The notes beneath the pieces are model-generated. The model was not told the origin of the DNA, made no database searches, and saw only the letters and a list, made by a program, of their open reading frames with translations. A stretch of 64,000 nucleotides of DNA from a virus (lineage: Duplodnaviria > Caudoviricetes), in the IMG/VR virus record IMGVR_UViG_3300042257_000126, positions 1 to 64,000 of that record; one strand, written 5' to 3'. The position numbers were made by a program, and so were the translations under genes. Positions 49,537 to 59,629 of this stretch are shown piece after piece (position 1 is the first letter of the stretch; each line of letters begins with the position of its first letter).

Positions 49537-51927
49537 TTACACGACTTCCTCCTGAGTTGGCATCACGCGCTCAGGCTCTTGAATAAGTCCCTGTTCCTGT
49601 TGTGGTTGCTGTGGCTGTTCAGGCTGAACATTACCCAACATAGTCAACGCTTCCTGCCATGTCATTTGTCCCTCAGCTACCGCCTTCTCTATCACATCAG
49701 CACGTCCTCTTGCGTTTTCAACAGCAATATCAGCTTGCATTTTATCCATTACCTCCTGACGTTTGGCTGCTGAATTGACCTGTGCTGTTTGCTGCTGTTG
49801 TTGGCTGTTCATCTGAATGAATCTCATTTCTTTTGCTTCTGCTTCTTCTTTTGCTTTTCTGTTTGCAAAGTCCAATAACAAGGCAACACGTTTCAAACTT
49901 GCACCTGAGTTAATCATTGAGAAGAACCTCACAGCATCAGCCTCCGTAATACCGACCTTGCCGTCCCTACCGTTTTTCAACGACAGCATAATCATTTCTT
50001 TCAGTTCAGCTACGTCTTGTTCGGTTGGACGTGCGTGTGTGCGTATTCCATATTTAATATCGCCCCCCTCAGCGATTTTAAGCAGTTCTAAGGCACTTTC
50101 TCCTACCACATCGACATAAGCATCATACGCACGCTTATCGTGTCTTATAACGTGCTGTAAACGCAAACACATAGCTCTGGCTGTATCTGATTTAATGTCG
50201 TTGGCTTTCTTTAATACATTGTATAAAACATTGTTTGTTCCCGAAATAGCGTATTCGGTTACAGCTTTCCCTATACCGGGATCGGGCTGTGAACCCAACG
50301 CCACAGGATTAATTCCAGTCAACTGTTCAATCTGGTTCATGGCTAAGTCCATAACCTGAACTGATTCGGCTATCACAGCACCAGCACCACCGGGCAACTG
50401 CTCTATCGGTCTGGTTATCATTCCGGGGTTTGGACGTCCTGCTACATCGGTAGGCTTGAAGAACAATGTTCCTGTTTGCCTCCAAAATCTTAATACCTCT
50501 TTGGGCGACATTTTCTTACCACCCATGCTAAGGTTTGACACAGCATCCATGTTAATAGCATAGCCATTCATAGCCGCCATACTTATACCCTGCTGTAACC
50601 TCATCCATGCGTTCATATATTGGTCTAACGCCGGGATCAGTCGTGGAATAATAGGACGGCCTGATACTTTTACCATGTGCAACGGAAGTACTGGTTCTGA
50701 CATTCCATCTCTACCCTGAAATTCACACTTACCGTAATCGTAAACTATATCGCTTCCGATAACCCAACTTACTTCTCTGACTGTTTTGATTCGCGTTTGG
50801 AGTAACTTTTCTCTTTCTTTTGATTTGTATTTTGCATCAACATCTTTTGTTCTTACTTTTCCCTGACGGTTCTTGTATTCTTTTTCGTGTTTAAAATCTA
50901 CGTCAATCCACTTCACTACAAACACGGGAACGGTGAAGGCATCATAACCTCTATTGTACACCTGCTGTCCGTCTTTGTTCTGTGCGTTCCAATCTCCAAT
51001 ATTAGGGTTGCCGTAAAGATTTGAAAATGTTTTAGCAATGCCATACAACTCTTTATCCTTAAATCCCATTCTACGAAGTGTAGAAAGTTTTTCCCACTTC
51101 ACATAAAATCCATAGTCGGGATTGCGGTAAGAGGATTCCTGCGTAAACTGAACACCTGCGTATTGTGCGTCCCTGTATTCAGTCTTAACGTGTCCTGTTG
51201 TTTTGTCGTACACATCTTCCACAACAGCGAACCCAACGGTAACCAAGTCAAACAAAACTTTTTCAAGTATGTGTTCATCCCAATAAGAATGTTCAAACGC
51301 GAATTTCAACAGGCGTTCCATCACTTCTTCGTAGCCCAGCTTAAACCCACCTTCGGCTTCATACAGGTTCAGTTCCTCTATGCTACGCGGCGTGTAACCA
51401 ACGTCCTGCTGAGGAAGTGCCATCATTGCCCTGAGTGCATTGAATTCTTTTCGGAACTTACCGTCAACGTATGTTCCCCATTTAAGTTCTTCACGTCTTG
51501 CACCGCTGTAACGGTCAGTAGCATCAACGGAAACCCTGTTTACCAGTTTGGATAACGCCCCTATAATCGCATCCATAACACGTGGCATTGGGGATTGTAT
51601 ATCAAAATTTAGATTGGCATACGCATTTCTGCGTGATTTGCGTGAAGTGTCCTGACCCATGTTTTCCAGCACGTTCCCGGTTTGCTCTTTGCCGAAAAAG
51701 GTATCTTTGTACTTTTCCTGCGACTGCATACCGAGAGCGTAGTTGCGATTGGTGGTAACTGAATCGTACCAATCGTGATCTACATACGTCCCTCCACGTG
51801 AAAACTGTGAGTAAACATATTGTGCAACTTCCAATGCGTATTCGCGTGAGTCCTTATCACGCTTCGCATCTTCCCTGTCGGGCATTGTATATGTCCCGTG
51901 TGCATACTTGCTTGCTTCAAATAACAT
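49537..51927 (-). CDS. Portal protein
   Basis: 796 aa; NRNYALGMQSQEKYK, VSVDATD, IEQLTGIN, Gln-rich coiled C-terminus, as in crAss-like portals. Confidence 0.85.
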   Translation of the reverse strand: MLFEASKYAHGTYTMPDREDAKRDKDSREYALEVAQYVYSQFSRGGTYVDHDWYDSVTTNRNYALGMQSQEKYKDTFFGKEQTGNVLENMGQDTSRKSRRNAYANLNFDIQSPMPRVMDAIIGALSKLVNRVSVDATDRYSGARREELKWGTYVDGKFRKEFNALRAMMALPQQDVGYTPRSIEELNLYEAEGGFKLGYEEVMERLLKFAFEHSYWDEHILEKVLFDLVTVGFAVVEDVYDKTTGHVKTEYRDAQYAGVQFTQESSYRNPDYGFYVKWEKLSTLRRMGFKDKELYGIAKTFSNLYGNPNIGDWNAQNKDGQQVYNRGYDAFTVPVFVVKWIDVDFKHEKEYKNRQGKVRTKDVDAKYKSKEREKLLQTRIKTVREVSWVIGSDIVYDYGKCEFQGRDGMSEPVLPLHMVKVSGRPIIPRLIPALDQYMNAWMRLQQGISMAAMNGYAINMDAVSNLSMGGKKMSPKEVLRFWRQTGTLFFKPTDVAGRPNPGMITRPIEQLPGGAGAVIAESVQVMDLAMNQIEQLTGINPVALGSQPDPGIGKAVTEYAISGTNNVLYNVLKKANDIKSDTARAMCLRLQHVIRHDKRAYDAYVDVVGESALELLKIAEGGDIKYGIRTHARPTEQDVAELKEMIMLSLKNGRDGKVGITEADAVRFFSMINSGASLKRVALLLDFANRKAKEEAEAKEMRFIQMNSQQQQQTAQVNSAAKRQEVMDKMQADIAVENARGRADVIEKAVAEGQMTWQEALTMLGNVQPEQPQQPQQEQGLIQEPERVMPTQEEVV

Positions 51928-51945
51928 CTACGTCTAATTTTGAAA

Positions 51946-52005
51946 CAAAGATACACACAAGACACTAAGGCATAAAAAAAGCCCTACCATTGACAGTGGT
52001 AGGGC
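51946..52005 (-). promoter_or_regulatory. Terminator (51974-52005) then a -7 promoter box (51946-51953) for the portal
   Basis: GCCCTACCA..TGGTAGGGC plus T7; TATCTTTG. Confidence 0.75.
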
Positions 52006-52176
52006 ATGAGGTGTAAATATGAACAAATCTGAATCTCGTTACAAATATAAGCAATTAATCGTTATGATCCAAATTTTAACACGTTGTATATGCATTTTTT
52101 TCAAAATGCACATACAACAACGTTAGCGCAAATATTGAAAAGAAAACACGAGGATAATGCTTAAAATGATTTAAAA

Positions 52177-52596
52177 ATGGATACACAAAAAATTGAACAA
52201 GTCTTTTCAATGGCAAATAAAATAGCCTTTCATCCGACAAGAAATGTTCAAAAAGAACCATCTGTTGTCGGATTGGAATTTCACAAAAACTTATTAGGAG
52301 AAGCAATAGATTGCTATTCAAACTTAAAAAATGAATTAACACATAGAGACTTGGTGTTTACGTTTAAAAGAATTAAAAACGGAATAAAAGCATCAATAAT
52401 ATCAAAATCAAAAGGAGAAGTAATGTCATTTAGAATAAGTCAAGAAAAAGGAATGACTGAATTTGCCAAAGAAACAAATCCAAATCATCCTTTCGCTTTT
52501 GTAATATTACAGCCATCTAACGACGGATATCATCTTGTTCCTGATTCAAATCCTTATCAACCGATTGTTTTCGACAAATATGTTTTGATAGAATAA
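52177..52596 (+). CDS. Hypothetical protein inside cassette
   Basis: 139 aa A-rich ORF, antisense to the late operon. Confidence 0.65.
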   Translation: MDTQKIEQVFSMANKIAFHPTRNVQKEPSVVGLEFHKNLLGEAIDCYSNLKNELTHRDLVFTFKRIKNGIKASIISKSKGEVMSFRISQEKGMTEFAKETNPNHPFAFVILQPSNDGYHLVPDSNPYQPIVFDKYVLIE

Positions 52597-52669
52597 ACTT
52601 TCCATTAGGTGATTCTTTTACCAGAATATCTCTACCGTTTTTAGCAAATATAAAATCTACTCTTTTCAT
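52517..52669 (-). CDS. Small hypothetical protein (50 aa)
   Basis: MKRVDFIFAKNGRDILVKESPNGKF..., convergent with and overlapping 52177-52596. Confidence 0.4.
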   Translation of the reverse strand: MKRVDFIFAKNGRDILVKESPNGKFILSKHICRKQSVDKDLNQEQDDIRR

Positions 52670-52716
52670 ATAACAAAAATACAACACAAAAAAGAAACCG
52701 ATAAAAAAGCAGTAAA

Positions 52717-53088
52717 ATGGGACTATTCAGTTTTAACGAAGATGTATTAACAGAATTATATTTTCACGATACAGGAACAAGTATAAAACAAACAGTAGTA
52801 GGCAAAAACAAGGAAGAACTAATTGCCCAAAACGCAATTACTTTTATCGTCCACTACTTTTCAATTGTAAAAAACAATGAAGAAAAAATGGAATTACAAC
52901 TACAAAGAGATTATAAAACAAGTCACCTGTGTAAACGATTTCGCCTCATTGCTTTTATATTGTTCCATATACGCCAAAAACCAATAGTAAGATTAACAAA
53001 ACAGAGCGCATATAACACAGCAATATTAATTGCGTCTTTAGCGATGATCATGATAATGATAATCACAATCATTATGACGATTGAATAG
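52717..53088 (+). CDS. Hypothetical protein with a C-terminal TM segment
   Basis: 123 aa ORF with a hydrophobic tail. Confidence 0.6.
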   Translation: MGLFSFNEDVLTELYFHDTGTSIKQTVVGKNKEELIAQNAITFIVHYFSIVKNNEEKMELQLQRDYKTSHLCKRFRLIAFILFHIRQKPIVRLTKQSAYNTAILIASLAMIMIMIITIIMTIE

Positions 53089-53114
53089 ATAGACTTTTTT
53101 ATTGCAGTAATCAT
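52923..53114 (-). CDS. Small hydrophobic protein
   Basis: 63 aa, AT-rich leader, overlaps the 3' end of 52717-53088. Confidence 0.45.
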   Translation of the reverse strand: MITAIKKSIYSIVIMIVIIIIMIIAKDAINIAVLYALCFVNLTIGFWRIWNNIKAMRRNRLHR

Positions 53115-53136
53115 TAACTTTTAAATTTTATAAATT

Positions 53137-53364
53137 ATGAAACTTAATTACACCAAAAATCTCGACGAACTAACCGAAAAAGAATTAATGCAATTTATAA
53201 TCGGAACACAAACGTTAATTCTTCGCAGACTTGATGACATTGAATCAAAAATCAAAGACCGCAAAGAGCAAACACACCAAGAAACTGTTGACGAAATACT
53301 ATTCAAAGTAGAATCAAACATTGACAGAATAAACGAAACACTTGAAAGAAAAGCTACAAATTAA
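53137..53364 (+). CDS. Small coiled-coil protein
   Basis: 75 aa with a good leader. Confidence 0.6.
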   Translation: MKLNYTKNLDELTEKELMQFIIGTQTLILRRLDDIESKIKDRKEQTHQETVDEILFKVESNIDRINETLERKATN

Positions 53365-53551
53365 TGCTGTATCGCATCTTGACCATATAACAATCAGCAG
53401 TGGGATGGTCGTCTGCTTTTGGATAGGCAGTAATCATATTAATTTTAGCATCTACAATTTTTCGGTTTAGCAAATCAACTGTTTGTTCAATGTCCGCCTT
53501 GATGTTATCAATTTTTTCTTGCGTTAATTGGTCAATGACACTTACTGACAT
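53354..53551 (-). CDS. Small hypothetical protein
   Basis: ATG 53551 just inside the cassette boundary. Confidence 0.55.
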   Translation of the reverse strand: MSVSVIDQLTQEKIDNIKADIEQTVDLLNRKIVDAKINMITAYPKADDHPTADCYMVKMRYSINL

Positions 53552-53707
53552 ATTACTTATTTTTAAAAACAAGCAAATTGACTAAAAAGACAAAATACTT
53601 GCGCTAACACTGTGCAAATGCCACTCGCCTCTTAGCTTTTACGGCAGTTCCATCTCGTTAGCTGGTTATGCGCCTCTAATTATTGTTGACGGAAAAGCGA
53701 GAGGCAC

Positions 53708-53908
53708 TTGCACTTATCCGTCAAAAAGCACACAGGTGCAAAATGGGATAGAGACATGTCAACATATATTGAATATGTCAACATGAGAATGAACAATCAG
53801 AATGCACAAATCAATGAAGCTCTTCTAAACGATTACAGACTACTAATAAACGAGTTGTTTGCAAAAATAGAAGAGCTTCAAAAACAAATAATCAGGACAA
53901 AGGGATAG
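53708..53908 (+). CDS. Small coiled-coil protein (start uncertain)
   Basis: ORF convergent with 53892-54083. Confidence 0.45.
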   Translation: MHLSVKKHTGAKWDRDMSTYIEYVNMRMNNQNAQINEALLNDYRLLINELFAKIEELQKQIIRTKG

Positions 53909-54083
53909 TGTCATCATATAGCACTGCGCCTCTGTCAAACTGAGGAGACACGTACAGCTTGCCGTTCTTGTTTGAAATTTTTACCATATCAACCAATGGG
54001 AGCTTACGAAAGTTGTCAATCAATAAATTAAGCTCTTTGTTCAATTCATCTCTTCTTTGAAAAACGTAGTCGTATTGAGACAT
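53892..54083 (-). CDS. Small hypothetical protein
   Basis: ATG about 25 bp after the hairpin GTTA, AT-rich leader. Confidence 0.6.
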   Translation of the reverse strand: MSQYDYVFQRRDELNKELNLLIDNFRKLPLVDMVKISNKNGKLYVSPQFDRGAVLYDDTIPLS

Positions 54084-54254
54084 GACTAATAATTTAAAAC
54101 CGCCCTATAACACTCTGTATATAACACGCTTGGTGTCGTAGTACGGTGATAATACTTTATTTTAATTAACTCTTGCGGTTCGTATGAAATGATACAGATT
54201 TTAATACAAGCGCATTACATACAGTAACCGTTACAAATATACAAAAAAAATCAC

Positions 54255-56567
54255 TTACGTCCAAATAAAATCATTGTAATCGTAATCGAAATCCTCAATT
54301 CTTTTCAAAATATCTGTATAAGCACTTTTCGCCCCAAGCAATGCGACACCCCCTGCTGCCAACAAGTCATAATGCCTCATTTCTTCCATACCCCGAATAT
54401 CCTTTAATTCTTTCAATAATTCCATGTGCTGTTCAACACACGACCTGTTTTCAATATAATCACGCCACAACGCAAACATTTCCTGCTTGCTGCGTTCTAA
54501 CGAATCAACACCCGGCTTTTCTTTTACCCTACCTGTATATTTATCTATGTCATACAATAAGTAACCACCAAAACGGTGTCTAATCACATATTCATACGTT
54601 GCAGGAATATTGGTTTCAGGATATATAGACGCTCCAAAAAATATGGCAGCCTTAATCACATCTTCGTTGTACTCATCCGTGTTAGCAGCCCGAAAACGAT
54701 AAGTCAGCACGAACTTGTAAGTATCCCACTTTTCGGCAGATTTATTTCCGTCAATAGCCTTGTCGTAATTCCTTAAAATGGCAATACCGCCATCACTAAG
54801 TCTGGACTTTTTACCCAACTTCATTCCAACCTTTTCGTCTTGTTTGTTGCCAAACTTAAACGGGTCTGCCCCTAACGTGTACATTCCGGGATACATTGGT
54901 CGCCACATATCCACATTTTTCCCTTCAAAGGTACTGTAATGAGAAACACGAATCTTTCTGTTAGACACAGAATCAGGCGGCATTTCGGATATGGTAAACC
55001 TGCCGTGTTCCTCATCCTGAACAAATTCAACATCACCGCCAAATATTCCACCAACCCACTCCAACCGTCCTTTTAAAACGTCGCTGTGTCGTCTTAGTCT
55101 ATGAATAGCTGCATCTATCTTTTCAATGTTAAACCCAATAGAACCAGCTTCCCCAAGCCAACAATCTTCGTATTTTAACGGGAATAATTTCTTTTCTTCC
55201 CTTAACAGCCTTTGCGATTCAGAACTGTTATCACGCTGCAACGAATCTCGCTTGCCACGCAAATATTCTTCTGCTGTTTGCGTGAATCCCTCTGCACGCT
55301 GGTAATCTTCAATTTTGTCTTTTACGCTAAAACCATACGAATCAATAAACCCATCTAACCCCTCTGTGGCGGGAATAAATAACCTGAATATACCCGAATA
55401 AGTCTGTCCACTTGACTTAATCCTTCTGTAAAAATTAGATGTATTAGACAACGCCCGATAATACGCCGCACCTTCCGACACCTCAGACACTGTACTCGGA
55501 GCATCGCAATATCCATGTATCAACCGTCCATTTCCCTGAGACAGCGTGTTTTTTGACACCTCGTGGCGCATGGCTATATCAACCTCCGATGTTTTTCCAC
55601 TTTCTTCTATAAGAAGATACATCATCTTTTTGGAATCGTAGAATTTTTCAGAAGCCGTAGTAGCATAAGTACACTGTGTCTGTAATGCCACATCACCATA
55701 CTCGTTTTTCCCTACATTAAATTTCAAAGCATCTGATGTCCTTCCAGAAGTAGTGTTCGGCTTTAACCATATAGGCCAACTGTCAAACGCTGGCATCAAC
55801 AAGTTGTCAAAAGTCTCTTTGGCGTTTTGGTTGGAAAAACTTTGAATACCCATCCCGTGATTCAACATAGAACGGGTAACATATTCAAGTCCATTAGATA
55901 TACCTTTGTTGGTATTACCTGAACGACGATTTTTGGGTTGCATTTTACCATAACACACACGACGACCAACGTCAATCATTTTGTAACTGCCGTCTGGTTC
56001 AGCTATCGCATATCCATCTTCATCCAGCCGCTCAAATGTTTCGGTAGTAGTCAAACAGTAATGGGCAAAAATATATTCCTTCCAATCCCTGTGGCGAAAG
56101 TCGGGTCTATTCGTACCACTGTCGGTATTCATCGTATGAACATTCAAATAGAAAAAATGCCACGGTGAAATCCAATATGGCTTTCCTTTTATAAACGTCC
56201 AATAGCCATTCACCCGGAACCACCAAAACCTCCGTATAAACGCTATCTCTTTCTTCATAGACTTGTGCCGCTCCCTCAACAACTCCCAGAACTTCTTCTG
56301 AATCTTCAACAGCGTTACAACGTTATTTTTGTTCGTGCTTAAATCCTCTTTGGTTTTCAACACGGCCTCGGCCTCTAAGTCGATTAATTTACGCGGTATT
56401 TCCAAACGCTGAAAACGCTGTTCCTCTGGTGGCAGTCCATACCCGTCAATCAAATGTAGCGGTGGTGGTTTAGGCAAACTCAATACGATTGGACGTAGAT
56501 CAGGGTCGTTGTCGTTTAATACAACATACTTGTCTGCTTCTTCGTATTCGTATGGTAGTTTCTTCAT
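54255..56567 (-). CDS. terL: Terminase large subunit
   Basis: 770 aa; KNRRSGNT Walker A-like, LLIEESGK Walker B, LGADPF nuclease motif, PETN, YDLLAAGG. Confidence 0.88.
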   Translation of the reverse strand: MKKLPYEYEEADKYVVLNDNDPDLRPIVLSLPKPPPLHLIDGYGLPPEEQRFQRLEIPRKLIDLEAEAVLKTKEDLSTNKNNVVTLLKIQKKFWELLRERHKSMKKEIAFIRRFWWFRVNGYWTFIKGKPYWISPWHFFYLNVHTMNTDSGTNRPDFRHRDWKEYIFAHYCLTTTETFERLDEDGYAIAEPDGSYKMIDVGRRVCYGKMQPKNRRSGNTNKGISNGLEYVTRSMLNHGMGIQSFSNQNAKETFDNLLMPAFDSWPIWLKPNTTSGRTSDALKFNVGKNEYGDVALQTQCTYATTASEKFYDSKKMMYLLIEESGKTSEVDIAMRHEVSKNTLSQGNGRLIHGYCDAPSTVSEVSEGAAYYRALSNTSNFYRRIKSSGQTYSGIFRLFIPATEGLDGFIDSYGFSVKDKIEDYQRAEGFTQTAEEYLRGKRDSLQRDNSSESQRLLREEKKLFPLKYEDCWLGEAGSIGFNIEKIDAAIHRLRRHSDVLKGRLEWVGGIFGGDVEFVQDEEHGRFTISEMPPDSVSNRKIRVSHYSTFEGKNVDMWRPMYPGMYTLGADPFKFGNKQDEKVGMKLGKKSRLSDGGIAILRNYDKAIDGNKSAEKWDTYKFVLTYRFRAANTDEYNEDVIKAAIFFGASIYPETNIPATYEYVIRHRFGGYLLYDIDKYTGRVKEKPGVDSLERSKQEMFALWRDYIENRSCVEQHMELLKELKDIRGMEEMRHYDLLAAGGVALLGAKSAYTDILKRIEDFDYDYNDFIWT

Positions 56568-57277
56568 AGCTCAGGCACGTGATCCCCTACGAATTTAATT
56601 TTATCCACAACGTATCCGACGCCATAAGGCGAATCGGCACGCAAATCATCTCCGTTAGCTAAACCCTTCGCATAGTCCTCTGGTCGTAGTGCAAGCCTGC
56701 TTTGCTCAATCTGATAGTAGAATCTCGACACAAATTCTTCTGTTTCTTCAAACACGTGTCCGACTTCATTGCTTACTTTCTTGATCTCATCGTAAATCAA
56801 CCGAACCTCTTTACGCTCCTTGCTGTCCTGCTTAACCCCTGACAGAACATCGTGAGTGTATTGCATTAATGATTCCTGTAAGTAAACAAGGTGATTCCAC
56901 CGGGTGTTGTTCATCCACGCCAACACGAATATCACCATGTCTGCAATCTTCTCATCCTTCCCAATTACCATGTCAAGAACCCTGTCGTCAAAACGAGTGT
57001 GACCGTCCCGGCTTTTCTTCAACTCAAACCCGGCGTAAGCTGCTGATTCAAACTTCTTTGAATACCAATCCAACGAGTGCATTGACTGAATGGGACTGTT
57101 CGGGTCGTATTGCAGAATAATGTAACGATAAACCATAGCTTTAGTAAACCCTTTCTTCCATTCGTAGTCAACGCTGCCCAACTTCGGTATGTTTTCTTCC
57201 ATAAATTTTACCAACTGTGGGCTGTTGGGGTGAATTCTCATTTTGTCGCAATCAAGTGCTTTTACGTCGTACTGCAT
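56564..57277 (-). CDS. Protein overlapping the terL start, possible small terminase (start reassigned to 57277)
   Basis: -7 box at 57295-57302 inside the longer ORF; YIILQYDPNSP. Confidence 0.6.
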   Translation of the reverse strand: MQYDVKALDCDKMRIHPNSPQLVKFMEENIPKLGSVDYEWKKGFTKAMVYRYIILQYDPNSPIQSMHSLDWYSKKFESAAYAGFELKKSRDGHTRFDDRVLDMVIGKDEKIADMVIFVLAWMNNTRWNHLVYLQESLMQYTHDVLSGVKQDSKERKEVRLIYDEIKKVSNEVGHVFEETEEFVSRFYYQIEQSRLALRPEDYAKGLANGDDLRADSPYGVGYVVDKIKFVGDHVPEL

Positions 57278-57667
57278 ATAGTAGTTTTTTACCACAAAGA
57301 TAAACACACTCAAATAAACACACAAAAAAGCACGTAAAATGCTGATAATAAAACCTATAATCAAAAGCTTATAGCCCGCAAATTTATTATCAAGTTTTTC
57401 CTTATTAAGACTCATGTTAAGATTTTGAACAGATTGTAAATTTAATAATTTGCAGTGATTATCTATGACTTATGTTTGTTTTATATGAGCAAAATATGCC
57501 TTTTTTATTTCCTTACCAATTGTAATGTATATTTATAATACGTTGGCTAAAGGGCAGTGAATTGATGGCTTAGATAGCGGCAATGTTTTTAAAGTTTATT
57601 GTTTTGCTGTAGCTGTCCTCGCTGAGGTGAAAAGTTTTTTTTCATAATTTATAAAATTTAAATATTA

Positions 57668-57853
57668 ATGAAACAAAAAGGTTATCGTAATATTGGTTAC
57701 TCGTTTTGGTATCAATTTAAGGAGTCGATTAAAGATGGAGTTGTTAATATTTTTGTCGTGCTATCTTGTTGGCAGTTTTGGGTGTTTTGCTTGACCGTTT
57801 TTTTTGGGACAATACTTGTTTCTTTTTTAACTGATTTAATTATTTCTTGGTAA
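57668..57853 (+). CDS. Small membrane protein in an AT-rich insert
   Basis: 61 aa with a hydrophobic C-terminus; ends at a terminator hairpin. Confidence 0.5.
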   Translation: MKQKGYRNIGYSFWYQFKESIKDGVVNIFVVLSCWQFWVFCLTVFFGTILVSFLTDLIISW

Positions 57854-57855
57854 AT

Positions 57856-57883
57856 AAAAAAGGTGTACATTTCTGCACACCTT
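57856..57883 (-). terminator. Intrinsic terminator
   Basis: AAGGTGTGCAG..TGTACACCTT plus T tract. Confidence 0.7.
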
Positions 57884-58024
57884 AATCCAAACTCCTATTA
57901 AATTCCCAATTCCTTATCTTATTTATCGTTTCAAACGCCTTCCTGAGTGATTCTTCCTCTGTGTCTGTTTCTACAAACTTCAAAAACAACAACACAACGC
58001 ACAGTTCTTTTAAGTCTGAATCCA

Positions 58025-58717
58025 TCATAGCTTCCCTATTATCCAACAACGCTGAACAAAACCCAAATCTTCTTCCAACGTAGCAACTTCCTGCTGCTCC
58101 AACTCCGTCCAAAACGATCCCTCAAACACCACTTTGTCGCCTACCTCTACGTCAGCATCAACGGCGTCAGTGCCGTAGTATGCAGCGTTTTTCATGCCTA
58201 CATATCTTACGACACCAACCCGTTTGTTGTGAAAATCACCAAAATCCAGTACCAACCCGTTTCTTCTCATTTTCTCAGTGACTTTCTCTACTATTGCGTA
58301 TCCGTTCAGTGGGTATATTTCTTTGTTTCTTACACGCATGATGAGTTCTCCGTAAGGGATTAAATAGTACAAATCTTCACCAACGCGAATCGCCGGTGCA
58401 TTGGCACTAATTATCTTCCCGAAGAACACCACATCTCCTTCCTGTATTTCAATTTCTGTCAGCCATTCCATCGTTGCATCAAAAGCTTTCTGCTTTCGCC
58501 AGATTAACCGCTTTGGAACTTTAACAACTGTTCCATATCTTGCCACTCTTGCACCTTCATTCCAATCACTTCCCCCAATGATAACACCGGATTTGAGTTT
58601 GTATCCGTCCTCTGGCACAACGTCAATCTTCACCAGCACCCGATTGTTTAACATCGGTCTGTCGCTCAACTTATCTAAATGTATTATTTGTCTTGGCTCT
58701 GCACTCATTCTTCCCAA
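58025..58717 (-). CDS. Tandem GroES-like domain protein
   Basis: Two units: LNNRVLVK..GVIIG..GTVVKV..IQEGDVVFF and PLNGYAIVEK..GVVRYVG..VEVGDKVVF. Confidence 0.75.
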   Translation of the reverse strand: MGRMSAEPRQIIHLDKLSDRPMLNNRVLVKIDVVPEDGYKLKSGVIIGGSDWNEGARVARYGTVVKVPKRLIWRKQKAFDATMEWLTEIEIQEGDVVFFGKIISANAPAIRVGEDLYYLIPYGELIMRVRNKEIYPLNGYAIVEKVTEKMRRNGLVLDFGDFHNKRVGVVRYVGMKNAAYYGTDAVDADVEVGDKVVFEGSFWTELEQQEVATLEEDLGFVQRCWIIGKL

Positions 58718-58941
58718 TATAAAACTTTATTAACCGCAACTACTTTAACACCATCGTTGGTGAAACACTTCAACCCAAAGTACATCACGCTGCTGCCGGT
58801 AGGTACAACGTCGTTTCCGTCCACAACTTCACCCCACTCTATACGCGGGTCTTTAGCTGTTTCTGGCACGATTATACCACTTGCCAACACGCGTTCACGT
58901 GGCTTTGGTTTTATCAATATGTTATTTCCTAATGCTTTCAT
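58705..58941 (-). CDS. GroES-like co-chaperonin
   Basis: MKALGNNILIKP...SGIIVPETAK...GEVV. Confidence 0.85.
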   Translation of the reverse strand: MKALGNNILIKPKPRERVLASGIIVPETAKDPRIEWGEVVDGNDVVPTGSSVMYFGLKCFTNDGVKVVAVNKVLYWEE

Positions 58942-59059
58942 ACAATCGCTAAATCAAATTTATCCACCAACTTTCTGTAATTATCATTTTCCATAAACAC
59001 CTCGTGTGTGTCAAAGGGGGTTAACAGCACCTCTTGTTTAGGCGGGTCGCTTTCCTTTG

Positions 59060-59470
59060 CTAAAAAGGCAGGTCATCTGCACCACCGTCTTCAACACCAC
59101 CACCCAACAACGCCTGTATCTCCCGTTCTTTCTTTTTCGCTTCTTCCTGTGTCATTCGGTTCATATCTTCCTGCTCAATCACGAGGCTCCTATCCTCTTT
59201 AATTACCTCAACTTTATACGCAGTAGCAGACGTAAACCACTTGTCCTGCCAAGCACGGCTCGACACGTCAAACCAAACACGTATGTCCGATTCCAAATTG
59301 GTGTCTGACACAAATTGAATAACTTCGCTGTTCAGCGTTTCAAAATAAACACTCTTTGGGTACTTGCTTTCAACTTTTACTACAAAACCAAGTTTACTCC
59401 ACTGATTTCCTTTTTTCGACACACCGGATTGTATGTCTGTTTTCTGTATTAATTTACCTACTAAGTCCAT
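59060..59470 (-). CDS. DUF3127 family protein (Bacteroidota SSB-like)
   Basis: SGVSKKGNQWSK, YPK, SSRAWQDKWFTS, acidic DDLPF tail. Confidence 0.85.
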   Translation of the reverse strand: MDLVGKLIQKTDIQSGVSKKGNQWSKLGFVVKVESKYPKSVYFETLNSEVIQFVSDTNLESDIRVWFDVSSRAWQDKWFTSATAYKVEVIKEDRSLVIEQEDMNRMTQEEAKKKEREIQALLGGGVEDGGADDLPF

Positions 59471-59629
59471 ACTTTTTATTAAATCGTTTTAAATATTCTA
59501 AATTAATCAATGCTAATTGGGCATCAACAAAAACCTCGTCCTTGCAATCTTCACACACAGCGATACCCTCAATGTCAATGTCGGGACGTATCCTAAAATG
59601 TGCATCGTTTCCGCATTTTATACACTTTT

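Larger units (their letters stand above)
52077..54233 (-). mobile_element. Second cassette locus between portal and terminase (hairpins 52077-52125, 53605-53723, 54108-54233)
   Basis: Same hairpin architecture on the - strand; cassette 52122-53608 is bounded by GTTAGCGCAAGTATT / AATATTTGCGCTAAC. Confidence 0.75.

Noticed and set aside
15677-51555. Many + strand ORFs within the late region (e.g. 15677, 33319, 39283, 46984, 48436)
   Set aside because: They are antisense shadows of long - strand genes, with Ser/Phe-rich composition and no leaders.
27741-56567. Stop-codon reassignment as in some crAss-like phages
   Set aside because: Long structural genes are intact in the standard code, TAA, TAG and TGA all end genes, and there is no suppressor tRNA.
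57278-57667. Fourth cassette locus in the AT-rich insert upstream of the terminase genes
   Set aside because: An isolated GTTGGC/GCCAAC core is present, but I could not find a matching hairpin or terminal repeat.
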